Assembly (NCBI GenBank): GCA_031973215.1
Contig: DALYDK010000002.1
Span: forward strand, 63,276 to 127,275
From: Candidatus Saccharimonadota bacterium
GTDB lineage: Bacteria; Patescibacteriota; Saccharimonadia; Saccharimonadales; CAIOMD01
Direction: 5' to 3'
Length of the DNA: 64,000 bases
In this document: positions 46,861-55,232 of the stretch, piece by piece
Layout of the letters: the number at the start of each line of letters is the position of its first letter
Numbering within the stretch: the first letter of the stretch is position 1
Notes under the pieces: generated by a model
The model's database searches: none
What the model saw: only the letters and a program-made list of their open reading frames with translations
What the model was told of the DNA's origin: nothing
Program-made: the position numbers and the translations under genes

Positions 46861-47683
46861 TTTCGAAAAAGATATTTTTAAAAATGCTTCAAAAACATAC
46901 TTTAATAGCAGTCTTTTCTTCCCTAAAGAAAAAAGAATATCCGTTTTCGAACTTTATAGCTTTGTTAGATTGGCAGATGACTTAGTAGATTCCGTACCGC
47001 AAAATATTAAAGACTTCAATTTATTAAAGCAATTGTATCAAAAAAAATTAGCCGATTCTGAAAATGATAATATTAATCGCGTACTCAGAAACATCTATAA
47101 ATTACAAAAACAATACGGAATAAAAGATGCCGATGTTGATTCGTTTTTAAAATCTATGGCTATGGATCTAACTAATAAAAATTACATTTCTATGAAAGAT
47201 ACTCTTGAATATATTTACGGTTCTGCAGAAGTTATTGGCCTTATGATGGCAAAAATACTAGAACTTGAAGCAGAGTCGTATAAATATGCCTGTTACCAAG
47301 GAAGAGCAATGCAATATATAAATTTTATTAGAGATATCAAAGAAGATATTAAGCTAGGAAGATGCTACTTCCCCGAAATAATTAGAAAAAAATTTGAAAT
47401 TAACTCCTGGAACGATGATATAAAAAATAATAAGCAATTCGACCAATTTGTCCAAGCTCAAATAGAACAATATTTTGAGTGGCAATCAGAAGCTCAAAAG
47501 GGCTGGAAGTATATTCCCTATAGGTCAAGGATTGCTGTCATGACCGCGTCTGATGGATATCATTGGACTGCTCGTAAAATACATAAAAATCCAAAGATAA
47601 TATTTGACCATAAGGTAAAACCCTCCAAGCTACAAATAGTATTATTTGGTATTAAAAATTCTATAAAAGGATTATTTTACTAG
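46841..47683 (+). CDS. crtB: Phytoene/squalene synthase family (CrtB/CrtM)
   Basis: [12 protein letters not shown] (first Asp-rich motif), [32 protein letters not shown]. Confidence 0.85.
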   Translation: MKITENNFEKDIFKNASKTYFNSSLFFPKEKRISVFELYSFVRLADDLVDSVPQNIKDFNLLKQLYQKKLADSENDNINRVLRNIYKLQKQYGIKDADVDSFLKSMAMDLTNKNYISMKDTLEYIYGSAEVIGLMMAKILELEAESYKYACYQGRAMQYINFIRDIKEDIKLGRCYFPEIIRKKFEINSWNDDIKNNKQFDQFVQAQIEQYFEWQSEAQKGWKYIPYRSRIAVMTASDGYHWTARKIHKNPKIIFDHKVKPSKLQIVLFGIKNSIKGLFY

Positions 47684-47970
47684 AAAAAAGGTACCCTAAA
47701 TATTAATTTTGCCTTAATTGCACTAATATCTAGCCTACCCCATACCCTGCTATCAAGCCCAAAATAATCATCGGATATAAGCCTGACAGATTTATTATTT
47801 AGGTCTTCTATTTTTTTAACAAAATCTTTGCCGTTCAAGTTTATTAGTACTATGTCATTAACTTTGTATTTATTTTGATGCAAAAACAAGCACATACTGC
47901 CATCTTTTATAGATGGGTGCATACTTTGCCCAACTACTCGCCTAACTTTTAGTTTTTTGGAAAATAACAT
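47680..47970 (-). CDS. sodX: S26-family peptidase, NiSOD maturation protease-like
   Basis: 96 aa. VVGQSMHPSIKDGS (catalytic Ser motif). Lies immediately downstream of sodN and overlaps it by 29 nt. Confidence 0.7.
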   Translation of the reverse strand: MLFSKKLKVRRVVGQSMHPSIKDGSMCLFLHQNKYKVNDIVLINLNGKDFVKKIEDLNNKSVRLISDDYFGLDSRVWGRLDISAIKAKLIFRVPFF

Positions 47971-48331
47971 CTATATCATTAACCATCTGAATCAGTTTGT
48001 TGCAATCTTCTTCAGAAACATACTGCTTCACTCTGCTTGCCTGTTTCATAGTTAGCCAAATATCGTTATGTAAATTTGGGAATTTCTCTATATGCTCTGG
48101 CTTAAAGTAGTCTGACCATAAAATAGCTAGTTCATCTTTGACTTTTTTTGCATGAATTTCTTTAGTTTCTATCATTCTAATAAAATTAGCTAGATTATTT
48201 TTGTCAGTTAAATCACCTAGGTCGTTAATTTTTTCTACCATTTTTTTTGCAGTAGCAGCACTGTGCTTCATAGTATCGGTTTCATATATTCCGCAGGGTA
48301 TATCGCAATGAGCATAAGCTTTCTTAAACAT
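47942..48331 (-). CDS. sodN: Nickel superoxide dismutase precursor
   Basis: MFKKAYA / HCDIPCGIY: the Ni-hook HCDxPCGxY follows a short 7-aa propeptide. 129 aa. Confidence 0.9.
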   Translation of the reverse strand: MFKKAYAHCDIPCGIYETDTMKHSAATAKKMVEKINDLGDLTDKNNLANFIRMIETKEIHAKKVKDELAILWSDYFKPEHIEKFPNLHNDIWLTMKQASRVKQYVSEEDCNKLIQMVNDIDVIFQKTKS

Positions 48332-48403
48332 TCTATTTCTCCGTTAATAAATTACTTATATATTATTAATATTTTAACAGTATTTTTGTCTAGGTTTAGG
48401 TAT

Positions 48404-49072
48404 TTATTTCTTTGGTTCTATTGGCTTATATTTTTTCGACTGTTCTTCACGCCACAAGGCAATTTCTTGGTGATTACCACTAAGAAGCACACTGGGCACC
48501 TCTAAGCCGTTAAAGTTCTCGGGCCTGGTGTACTGAGGATACTCTCTATTATCTCCTTCGCTAAAACTTTCTATTTCGGCGCTAAGTTCACCCCCTAACA
48601 CTCCCGGTAATAATCGAACTACGCTATCAGCTACAACCATAGCGGGTATCTCACCACCGGTTAAAACAAAGTGTCCTACACTTATCTGTTCATCGACAAA
48701 CTCGGTTACCCTTTCATCAAAACCCTCATATCTCCCACAAACAATAATTAAGTCTTTCGATTCTTTTGCTAGCCTTTTGGCGTGACTTTGGTTGTAGTCA
48801 TAGCCCCTAGGAGTCATAAGTAGTACTTTTGAATTAGGGTTAGCCTTTTTACTGGCAATAATTGCTTTATAAAGGGGTTCAACCTTAAGTAGCATTCCAT
48901 CTCCACCACCATAAGGTGTGTCATCTACCGTTTTTCTTTGGCCTTCACCATAATCTCTTAAATTAACCAAATTAATCTTAGTAGCGCCAATTTTTTGGGC
49001 TTTATAGATCATACTGCTACTAACAAAACCAGATAATATATCAGGAAATAAACTTATAATTGTAATTGTCAT
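48404..49072 (-). CDS. trmD: tRNA (guanine37-N1)-methyltransferase
   Basis: ITIISLFPD, DDTPYGGGDGMLLK, CGRYEGFDERV, LTGGEIPAMVVADSVVRLLPGVLG. Confidence 0.92.
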   Translation of the reverse strand: MTITIISLFPDILSGFVSSSMIYKAQKIGATKINLVNLRDYGEGQRKTVDDTPYGGGDGMLLKVEPLYKAIIASKKANPNSKVLLMTPRGYDYNQSHAKRLAKESKDLIIVCGRYEGFDERVTEFVDEQISVGHFVLTGGEIPAMVVADSVVRLLPGVLGGELSAEIESFSEGDNREYPQYTRPENFNGLEVPSVLLSGNHQEIALWREEQSKKYKPIEPKK

Positions 49073-49121
49073 AATTTCCTATATTCTCGTTAGTTAGCAG
49101 TTTGATATGTACAGAAAAAGT

Positions 49122-49493
49122 CTACAAATCAAGGTCGTCTAGTTCTTCTAGTTCTTTTCTTGTCTTACTAACAACGCTACTATGGCTAGCGTGATTATCT
49201 TCTTGTGATGATGTTTCAGATGTATCAGATGATGACTCAACAGATCCAACACCGTTGTCAACTATTTTCAGGTTATAACGAGCTTCATTTTTTGTACCAA
49301 GTGCTCTAAGCAAATTTCTCATACTCTGAGCGGTTGCTCCCCTTTTGCCAATTACTCGGCCTAGATCTTCTGGATCTACTGTTAACTCTAAAAGAACACC
49401 TTTTTCATCAATTGATCTATTAACTACAACTTCATCTGGTTTGCTTACTAAAGACTTTACTATAAATTCAATAAATTGTTGATCAATGGTCAT
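49122..49493 (-). CDS. KH-domain RNA-binding protein (YlqC-like) with acidic Ser-rich tail
   Basis: LELTVDPEDLGRVIGKRGATAQSMRNLL (GxxG KH motif). Sits between rpsP and trmD, as in many bacteria. Confidence 0.85.
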   Translation of the reverse strand: MTIDQQFIEFIVKSLVSKPDEVVVNRSIDEKGVLLELTVDPEDLGRVIGKRGATAQSMRNLLRALGTKNEARYNLKIVDNGVGSVESSSDTSETSSQEDNHASHSSVVSKTRKELEELDDLDL

Positions 49494-49516
49494 AATGCTA
49501 AACTCCTTAAATTAAT

Positions 49517-49915
49517 TTATTCGCCAGCTGGTTCTTCGGTTGGTTTTTCAGCCTCTACGGCTGGTTCTTCTATAGCTGATTCTTCTGAAGCAGAATCATC
49601 TTTAGGTTGGTTTTTTCTTAGCTTTTCTGGGTTTCTAGTTGCTGATTCTTTTTTCTTAACAGACTTAACCCAGTCTGGTAACTTTACACCTTCTTTTTGC
49701 AGAATAACAACAACTCTATCAGAAGGCTGGGCGCCATTGCTTAAATAAAACTCGGCTTTTTCTTTGTTTATAATTGTTTCTTTAGTGTGCGGATTGTAAC
49801 TGCCCAAAGCATATACAATATTCCCGCTAGATGGAGTTCTTCTCGAGTCCTGAACAACAACTCGGTATTGAGCATGACCTTTACGGCCAGTTCTCTGCAT
49901 TCTAATTGCAAGCAT
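49517..49915 (-). CDS. rpsP: 30S ribosomal protein S16 (bS16) with C-terminal extension
   Basis: MLAIRMQRTGRKGHAQYRVVVQDSR...GSYNP. About 45 extra Lys/Glu-rich C-terminal residues. Confidence 0.92.
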   Translation of the reverse strand: MLAIRMQRTGRKGHAQYRVVVQDSRRTPSSGNIVYALGSYNPHTKETIINKEKAEFYLSNGAQPSDRVVVILQKEGVKLPDWVKSVKKKESATRNPEKLRKNQPKDDSASEESAIEEPAVEAEKPTEEPAGE

Positions 49916-50012
49916 AAATCTGTATGTTTAACTTTCTTCCCTGATTAATTAGTAAATTTCCAAATGTTTAGTTTATATGTTTTTGTATAAAAAGTCAAAT
50001 ATTTTTAATCTG

Positions 50013-50732
50013 TTAATCTGCCTTATTAGCTTCTTGCTCTTGGTATAATTTTAATGCTTTTTCAGCAGCTTGTTGCTGAGCATGTTGCTTACTTGGACCA
50101 ACGCCCTGGCCTTTTAGATGACCATCAACAAAAACACCAATAGTGAATATTTTCTCATGATCAGGCCCCTCTTCATTTAACACTTTATATTGAGGAGTGG
50201 CCGAATCGACGCTTTGAGCTATTTCTTGAAGTCTTGACTTTGGGTCCATCCAAGATCCTGATCGTAAAATTTGATCAAAAGTAGATATAATATTTTCTTC
50301 AATAAATGTTTTGCTCACTTCGTAGCCTTTATCTAAGTATATTGCTCCAATTACTGCCTCAAAACAGTTGGCTAGTATTTGCTGTCGAGCTCTATCGGTT
50401 CCTCTTTTTTCTCCCCTAGACAGCCTTAAGTATTCATTAAAGCCTAATTTTTCGGCAGCCAAACCAATGCTTTCGGTTCTAACCAAGCTTGATCTCCAGT
50501 TGGTTAAAATACCTTCTGGCTCAGAGTAATTTATAAATAAAAATTCGGTAACAACTAACTCAAGAACAGCATCACCTAAAAATTCGAGTCGTTCATTGTG
50601 CTCTTTGACTGTTTTTTTATGCTCATTCAAATATGAACGGTGCGTAAAGGCCGTGACCAAATAATCTAAATTGATAAATGCTCCGCCTAACTTTTTTTCG
50701 GCTAATTCTTGGTATTTACTAAAGTCCTGCAT
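50013..50732 (-). CDS. rnc: Ribonuclease III
   Basis: FTHRSY, NERLEFLGDAVLELVV (RNase III signature), C-terminal dsRBD (GPSKQHAQQQAAEKAL). Confidence 0.93.
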   Translation of the reverse strand: MQDFSKYQELAEKKLGGAFINLDYLVTAFTHRSYLNEHKKTVKEHNERLEFLGDAVLELVVTEFLFINYSEPEGILTNWRSSLVRTESIGLAAEKLGFNEYLRLSRGEKRGTDRARQQILANCFEAVIGAIYLDKGYEVSKTFIEENIISTFDQILRSGSWMDPKSRLQEIAQSVDSATPQYKVLNEEGPDHEKIFTIGVFVDGHLKGQGVGPSKQHAQQQAAEKALKLYQEQEANKAD

Positions 50733-51219
50733 CTCTTATCTTTTTTAATCCCAATAATATTAATTTTCCAATATCTTCATATTCTATTAAATCTAATGCC
50801 TGATTAGAAGACATCCATTTAATGCCATTCATCCACTCTTCTTTTGTTAAATCGTTGGTGTCACCAAGTGCTTTAACTAAATATATTTGAGTACTCATAA
50901 GTACTAAACTGCTTTGTCGGCGATATCTAAAGTTTATTTTGCCCAACCAGCTCATAACTTTCATTTGCTTAAGGCCTGTTTCTTCTTTAATTTCTCTTTC
51001 TGCAGTTTGCCTGGCCGTTTCGCCTGGTTCAATATGACCTTTTGGTATTGTCCAGCGATTTTTGGCATCTTGAATTAAGAGTATTTCAATTTCTTTATTT
51101 TTTTCATTTCTGCGCCAAACAATGCCACCACTGGTTGGCTCCCTGACTACCTCCCTTATGATAGGATTTCTGGTTTTAAGCAATTTCTTAAAACCTTTAA
51201 TAGGCTGAGGTCTTTTCAT
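50719..51219 (-). CDS. NUDIX hydrolase
   Basis: NUDIX box GHIEPGETARQTAEREIKEETGL. Confidence 0.85.
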   Translation of the reverse strand: MKRPQPIKGFKKLLKTRNPIIREVVREPTSGGIVWRRNEKNKEIEILLIQDAKNRWTIPKGHIEPGETARQTAEREIKEETGLKQMKVMSWLGKINFRYRRQSSLVLMSTQIYLVKALGDTNDLTKEEWMNGIKWMSSNQALDLIEYEDIGKLILLGLKKIRDAGL

Positions 51220-51221
51220 CT

Positions 51222-51686
51222 CTAGTCGCCTTTCTTTGATTTTTTAGGAGTAGTATTTGTATTTTCCTTATTTCTTAAAGCCGTCCCAAGGACACCATTA
51301 ATAAATTTAGAGGAATTATCACTACCAAAGCCTTTTGCCAGTTCGACGGCTTCGTTAATAACAACCTTAGGTGGCACATCATTCTCAAATTCTAGTTCAA
51401 AAAGACCAATCCGCAGGATTGCCCTGTCTATACGAGCAATTTGAGATAAAGGCCATTCTGGCGCCAGTGGCTGCAAAATGCCATCTAGCTTTTCCTGGTT
51501 TTCCATGACTCCATTGACAATTGCTGTTATGAAATCTTTGTCGTCAATTGTTTCGCTGTACCTTGAAAGGTTCCGCTCTAGAATTTCACTTAACGAAGGA
51601 TCCAGGTCTTGACAGTCAATACGAAAATCATACTCATATAGGGTCTGTAGAGCTACAATCCTTCCGAGGTGTCTGTTAGATGCCAT
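51222..51686 (-). CDS. nusB: Transcription antitermination factor NusB
   Basis: ATG at 51686 preceded by AAGGGAGG. RIVALQTLYEYDF, ILRIGLFEL, VVINEAVELAKGFG. Confidence 0.9.
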   Translation of the reverse strand: MASNRHLGRIVALQTLYEYDFRIDCQDLDPSLSEILERNLSRYSETIDDKDFITAIVNGVMENQEKLDGILQPLAPEWPLSQIARIDRAILRIGLFELEFENDVPPKVVINEAVELAKGFGSDNSSKFINGVLGTALRNKENTNTTPKKSKKGD

Positions 51687-51735
51687 TTGGTAGGCCTCCC
51701 TTAATGTTGATGACAATGTGCCTTAATTGTTAATA

Positions 51736-51885
51736 CTATTCAGCTTTTGCTGATCCGCTTTCTCTTTTTGTAGTATATGCCTTTACAGGAGATTTCGCAT
51801 TTACGCTCCTGGCTAATTTTACTACTTGGTGGCTGCGTCGGGTTGCAGTCCGCCTCGGCGTTGTTCTTTTCTTTGGTTTACCCAA
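51736..51885 (-). CDS. rpmF: 50S ribosomal protein L32 (bL32), Cys-less form; not in the supplied ORF track
   Basis: My own translation is (M)GKPKKRTTPRRTATRRSHQVVKLARSVNAKSPVKAYTTKRESGSAKAE, 49 aa. The PKKRTxxRRxxRRSH core is typical of bL32. TTG start 8 nt after AGGAG. Confidence 0.75.
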   Translation of the reverse strand: MGKPKKRTTPRRTATRRSHQVVKLARSVNAKSPVKAYTTKRESGSAKAE

Positions 51886-51981
51886 GGTAAAAACTCCTAA
51901 ATATCGTTTATCGTTTATTTAATGAATCTAAGTAATTATAACAGTAAATGTAAAACAAACTCAAGTACTATAAACACTTTA

Positions 51982-52010
51982 TTGACTTTTTGTAATTCTT
52001 ATGCTATTAT
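51982..52010 (+). promoter_or_regulatory. Sigma70-type promoter giving a leaderless LysM-gene mRNA
   Basis: TTGACT (51982-51987), exactly 17 nt, TATTAT (52005-52010). The ATG at 52018 is 7 nt after the -10, with no SD. Confidence 0.55.
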
Positions 52011-52017
52011 TTGAACC

Positions 52018-52326
52018 ATGGAACAAAAAGAAAAAACCAAAAACCCACTTACTAGCAAAAGAATAATTATCGGAATTGGTGTAGCAGCAACCTTATTAGC
52101 CGGTCCAAAAATAATTGATAATATCAATGGCCCCGAGACACACGGGTCTGCTACATATACGGTACAGCCAGAAGATACTTTATGGAGTATCGCACAGTCA
52201 ATCCCAGGCTCCGAAAATACAAATTATAACGCTATAGCATATGAAATACAGCAAATGAACGGCTTGCCAAATTCAGATATTAAAACTGCCGATAAACTAG
52301 TCATACCAACCAGCGTAGTGCAATAA
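52018..52326 (+). CDS. LysM-domain protein, membrane-anchored
   Basis: TM (IIIGIGVAATLLAG) followed by LysM: YTVQPEDTLWSIAQSI...IQQMNGL...IKTADKLVIP. Confidence 0.8.
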   Translation: MEQKEKTKNPLTSKRIIIGIGVAATLLAGPKIIDNINGPETHGSATYTVQPEDTLWSIAQSIPGSENTNYNAIAYEIQQMNGLPNSDIKTADKLVIPTSVVQ

Positions 52327-52363
52327 GATTGTGATTTTACAGATTTGTTTTATAATTACTTAA

Positions 52364-52768
52364 ATGAGCTTCTTAGAGCATTATAATCTAAAAAGTAGAA
52401 GATCGTCCATATATGTTGGCCTGGTTGTTTTACTGGGATTAGGTATCTCATTATCCGAAAAGGAACAATTCGATAATAATACTATTTCAATTGGAGAGGT
52501 CACATGTAAAGGTACTGAATCTTTCCAGTTTGAAGACGGCAGCACAATAGCTGAAATTGCCGACAATATTGAAACTGATTCAGAATTTACAGATACCCAA
52601 ATTAAAGACCTTAGATCAATTGTGAATAAAATAATAGTTAGTCAGCACGGTGAAAGCGTACTAAGCGAATCAACAACGCCAACTAATGGAATTTTTGGAA
52701 CAGAGATAAACCAGACTATTAATATAAATCTGCCTAGCAACTGCCAGGCTCACAATTTTCCACTTTAA
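52364..52768 (+). CDS. Hypothetical membrane-anchored/secreted protein
   Basis: 134-aa ORF with one N-terminal hydrophobic segment (IYVGLVVLLGLGISL). No family recognised. Confidence 0.45.
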   Translation: MSFLEHYNLKSRRSSIYVGLVVLLGLGISLSEKEQFDNNTISIGEVTCKGTESFQFEDGSTIAEIADNIETDSEFTDTQIKDLRSIVNKIIVSQHGESVLSESTTPTNGIFGTEINQTININLPSNCQAHNFPL

Positions 52769-55212
52769 ATTACAAAGTTTATAATTTTATTTTTTACAAA
52801 AATTATCTTTTTAACATCTGCGTTTTCAATATAACTACTTGCGTTTTTGTTTTTTAAAGATTCTGCTTCTACTATTTCTTGTTCGGAATCAACGGGTACT
52901 TCTATTTCGCCCCTTACTTTACCATTTACCATAACTGCAATTTTCACTACATTTTGAACAAGATAACCTTCGTCATGAACTGGCCAGGTGCTAATATGAA
53001 CAGAACCGGCGTTGCCAAGATTACTCCATAACTCTTCTGTTATGTGAGGAGCAAAAGGTGCTAATAATTGAATTAAGGTATTTAAGGCAAATTGCCAAGC
53101 ATTAGTTGCTGAAAAATTATCTTTTTTATTAATATCGTAAAGTTCGTTGGTAAATTTCATAAGCGCAGCAATTGCCGTATTAAATGACATGGATTCAATA
53201 TTTTGAGATACTTTTTTAATTGCCCTATGAGTAGCTGCCAATATTTCGCCTTCATGTTCATCGTTTTCATCTGTTTTGGGCTTTTCAAGATATTGTTGCG
53301 CCAAATTCCAGACTCTTTGCAAGAACTTATAAACTCCAGCAAGTCCCTCGTTGCTCCAAGGAGTGGACATATCGAAAGGCGCCAAGAACAACACAATCAT
53401 CCTCAGTGAATCTGCCCCATATCCCTGATCAATAATGTCTTCGGGCTTTATGTCGTTGCCTTTACTTTTGCTAATTTTTTGACCGTCGGCGGCTAAAAGC
53501 ATTCCCTGATTCCTAAGAGCTTTAAATGGCTCACCGAAATTTATTAAGCCACTGTCTTGCATAACTTTTGTCCACATTCTTGCGTATAAAAGATGCATTA
53601 CAGCATGCTCTGCCCCGCCAACATATAAATCTACTGGCAACCAATGATCGGCTAGTTTTTTACTGAACGGCTCTTTGTTATTGGCTGGGTCGGCAAATCT
53701 TAGAAAGTACCAACTACTACAAGCAAAGCCGTCCATAGTATCAGTTTCGCGCACAGCAGGACCGCCACATTTCGGACAGGTAGTATTTACCCAATCATCC
53801 GCTCTTGCAAGAGGCGAACGGCCGTCTCCGCTTGGCTGAAAATTGTCTAACTTGGGTAGCTGGAGAGGTAGTTGATCAACCTGCAATGGAACAATTCCAT
53901 CTTTTTGGCAATAAACTACAGGTATTGGGGCGCCCCAATATCTTTGACGACTTATGAGCCAATCTCTAATTTTGTAATTTACCTTTTCGGTGCCTAAGTG
54001 GCTAGATACTATTTCCTCAATAATCTTTTCTCTGGCTTCGCTGCTTTTTAGGCCATTAAACTTATCTGAATTGACCATTATGCCCTCGCCGCTATAAGCC
54101 GCATCGTCTTTTTGGCCGGCATTAATAACCTTGGTTATTTCAAGTCCAAAAGTCTTAGCAAATTCATAATCACGCTCATCGTGAGCCGGAACCGACATAA
54201 TCGCCCCGGTGCCATAGCCCATAAGTACAAAGTCAGATATCCAGATAGGTATTTCTTGTTTAGTTAGTGGGTTGATGGCATATGACCCTGAAAAAACTCC
54301 AGTTTTTTTCTTGCCTGAATCTTCTTGTCTTTCTATATCGGTCTTGTTAGCAACTGAATTAATATATTTTTCTACATTATTTTTTGCTTCTGAGGTAGTG
54401 ATAGTTTCAACCAGTGGATGTTCGGGCGCGATAACCATAAATGTTGCACCATAAATGGTATCTGGTCTGGTTGTAAAAATTTTTAGTGACTCTGCGGAAT
54501 CTTTTATAGCAAAATTTACCTCAGCACCTGTGCTCTTGCCTATCCAGTTTTTCTGCATAAGCTTTATGCCTTCTGGCCAATCTAAATCATCGAGATCTTC
54601 TGTAAGTCTGTCGGCGTAATCTGTTATTTTAAAAAACCACTGATTTAGTAATTTTTTTGTTACAGGTTTATCTTCGTGCCTCCAACAACAGCCATTTACC
54701 ACCTGTTCGTTGGCAAGTACGGTTTTACATTCATCACACCACCACTGGGCACTTTCTTGACGATACGCTAAACCTTTTTCGAGTAGCAGCAAAAAGAACC
54801 ACTGGGTCCATTTGTAATACTCTGGGTCGGTAGATGAAAATTCTCTTGACCAATCAATAGAAAGGCCTAATCTTTTACACTGAGCTCTGAAGTTGTCGGT
54901 GTTTTGCTTAGTGCTAACCTGGGGAGAAATGCCAGTTTTAATTGCATAATTTTCGCCAGGTAAACCAAAGCTATCCCAGCCCATTGGTTGCAGAACTTCG
55001 TAACCTTGCATTCTTTTTGCTCGAGCAGCAACATCTGTAATTGTAAAATTACGAGTGTGACCAATATGCAGCCCAACGCCACTAGGATATGGGAAAAATG
55101 AAAGAGCATAATATTTGGGTTTGGCCGATTCATTATTTGCCTGAAATATTTTTGAATCTTCCCATTGTTTTTGCCATTTAGTTTCAATGTCAGCAGGATT
55201 GTATCTTTTCAT
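52765..55212 (-). CDS. leuS: Leucine--tRNA ligase
   Basis: 815 aa. PYPSGVGLHIGH (HIGH), editing domain TTRPDTIYGATF, KISKSKGN (KMSKS). Confidence 0.95.
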   Translation of the reverse strand: MKRYNPADIETKWQKQWEDSKIFQANNESAKPKYYALSFFPYPSGVGLHIGHTRNFTITDVAARAKRMQGYEVLQPMGWDSFGLPGENYAIKTGISPQVSTKQNTDNFRAQCKRLGLSIDWSREFSSTDPEYYKWTQWFFLLLLEKGLAYRQESAQWWCDECKTVLANEQVVNGCCWRHEDKPVTKKLLNQWFFKITDYADRLTEDLDDLDWPEGIKLMQKNWIGKSTGAEVNFAIKDSAESLKIFTTRPDTIYGATFMVIAPEHPLVETITTSEAKNNVEKYINSVANKTDIERQEDSGKKKTGVFSGSYAINPLTKQEIPIWISDFVLMGYGTGAIMSVPAHDERDYEFAKTFGLEITKVINAGQKDDAAYSGEGIMVNSDKFNGLKSSEAREKIIEEIVSSHLGTEKVNYKIRDWLISRQRYWGAPIPVVYCQKDGIVPLQVDQLPLQLPKLDNFQPSGDGRSPLARADDWVNTTCPKCGGPAVRETDTMDGFACSSWYFLRFADPANNKEPFSKKLADHWLPVDLYVGGAEHAVMHLLYARMWTKVMQDSGLINFGEPFKALRNQGMLLAADGQKISKSKGNDIKPEDIIDQGYGADSLRMIVLFLAPFDMSTPWSNEGLAGVYKFLQRVWNLAQQYLEKPKTDENDEHEGEILAATHRAIKKVSQNIESMSFNTAIAALMKFTNELYDINKKDNFSATNAWQFALNTLIQLLAPFAPHITEELWSNLGNAGSVHISTWPVHDEGYLVQNVVKIAVMVNGKVRGEIEVPVDSEQEIVEAESLKNKNASSYIENADVKKIIFVKNKIINFVI

Positions 55213-55232
55213 ATCTTATTTATTCTAACAAG

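Noticed and set aside
48404-49915. Absence of rimM and rplS from the rpsP-KH-trmD cluster, as possible gene loss.
   Set aside because: Absence from one window says nothing about the genome, and these genes are often relocated. Noted only as context.
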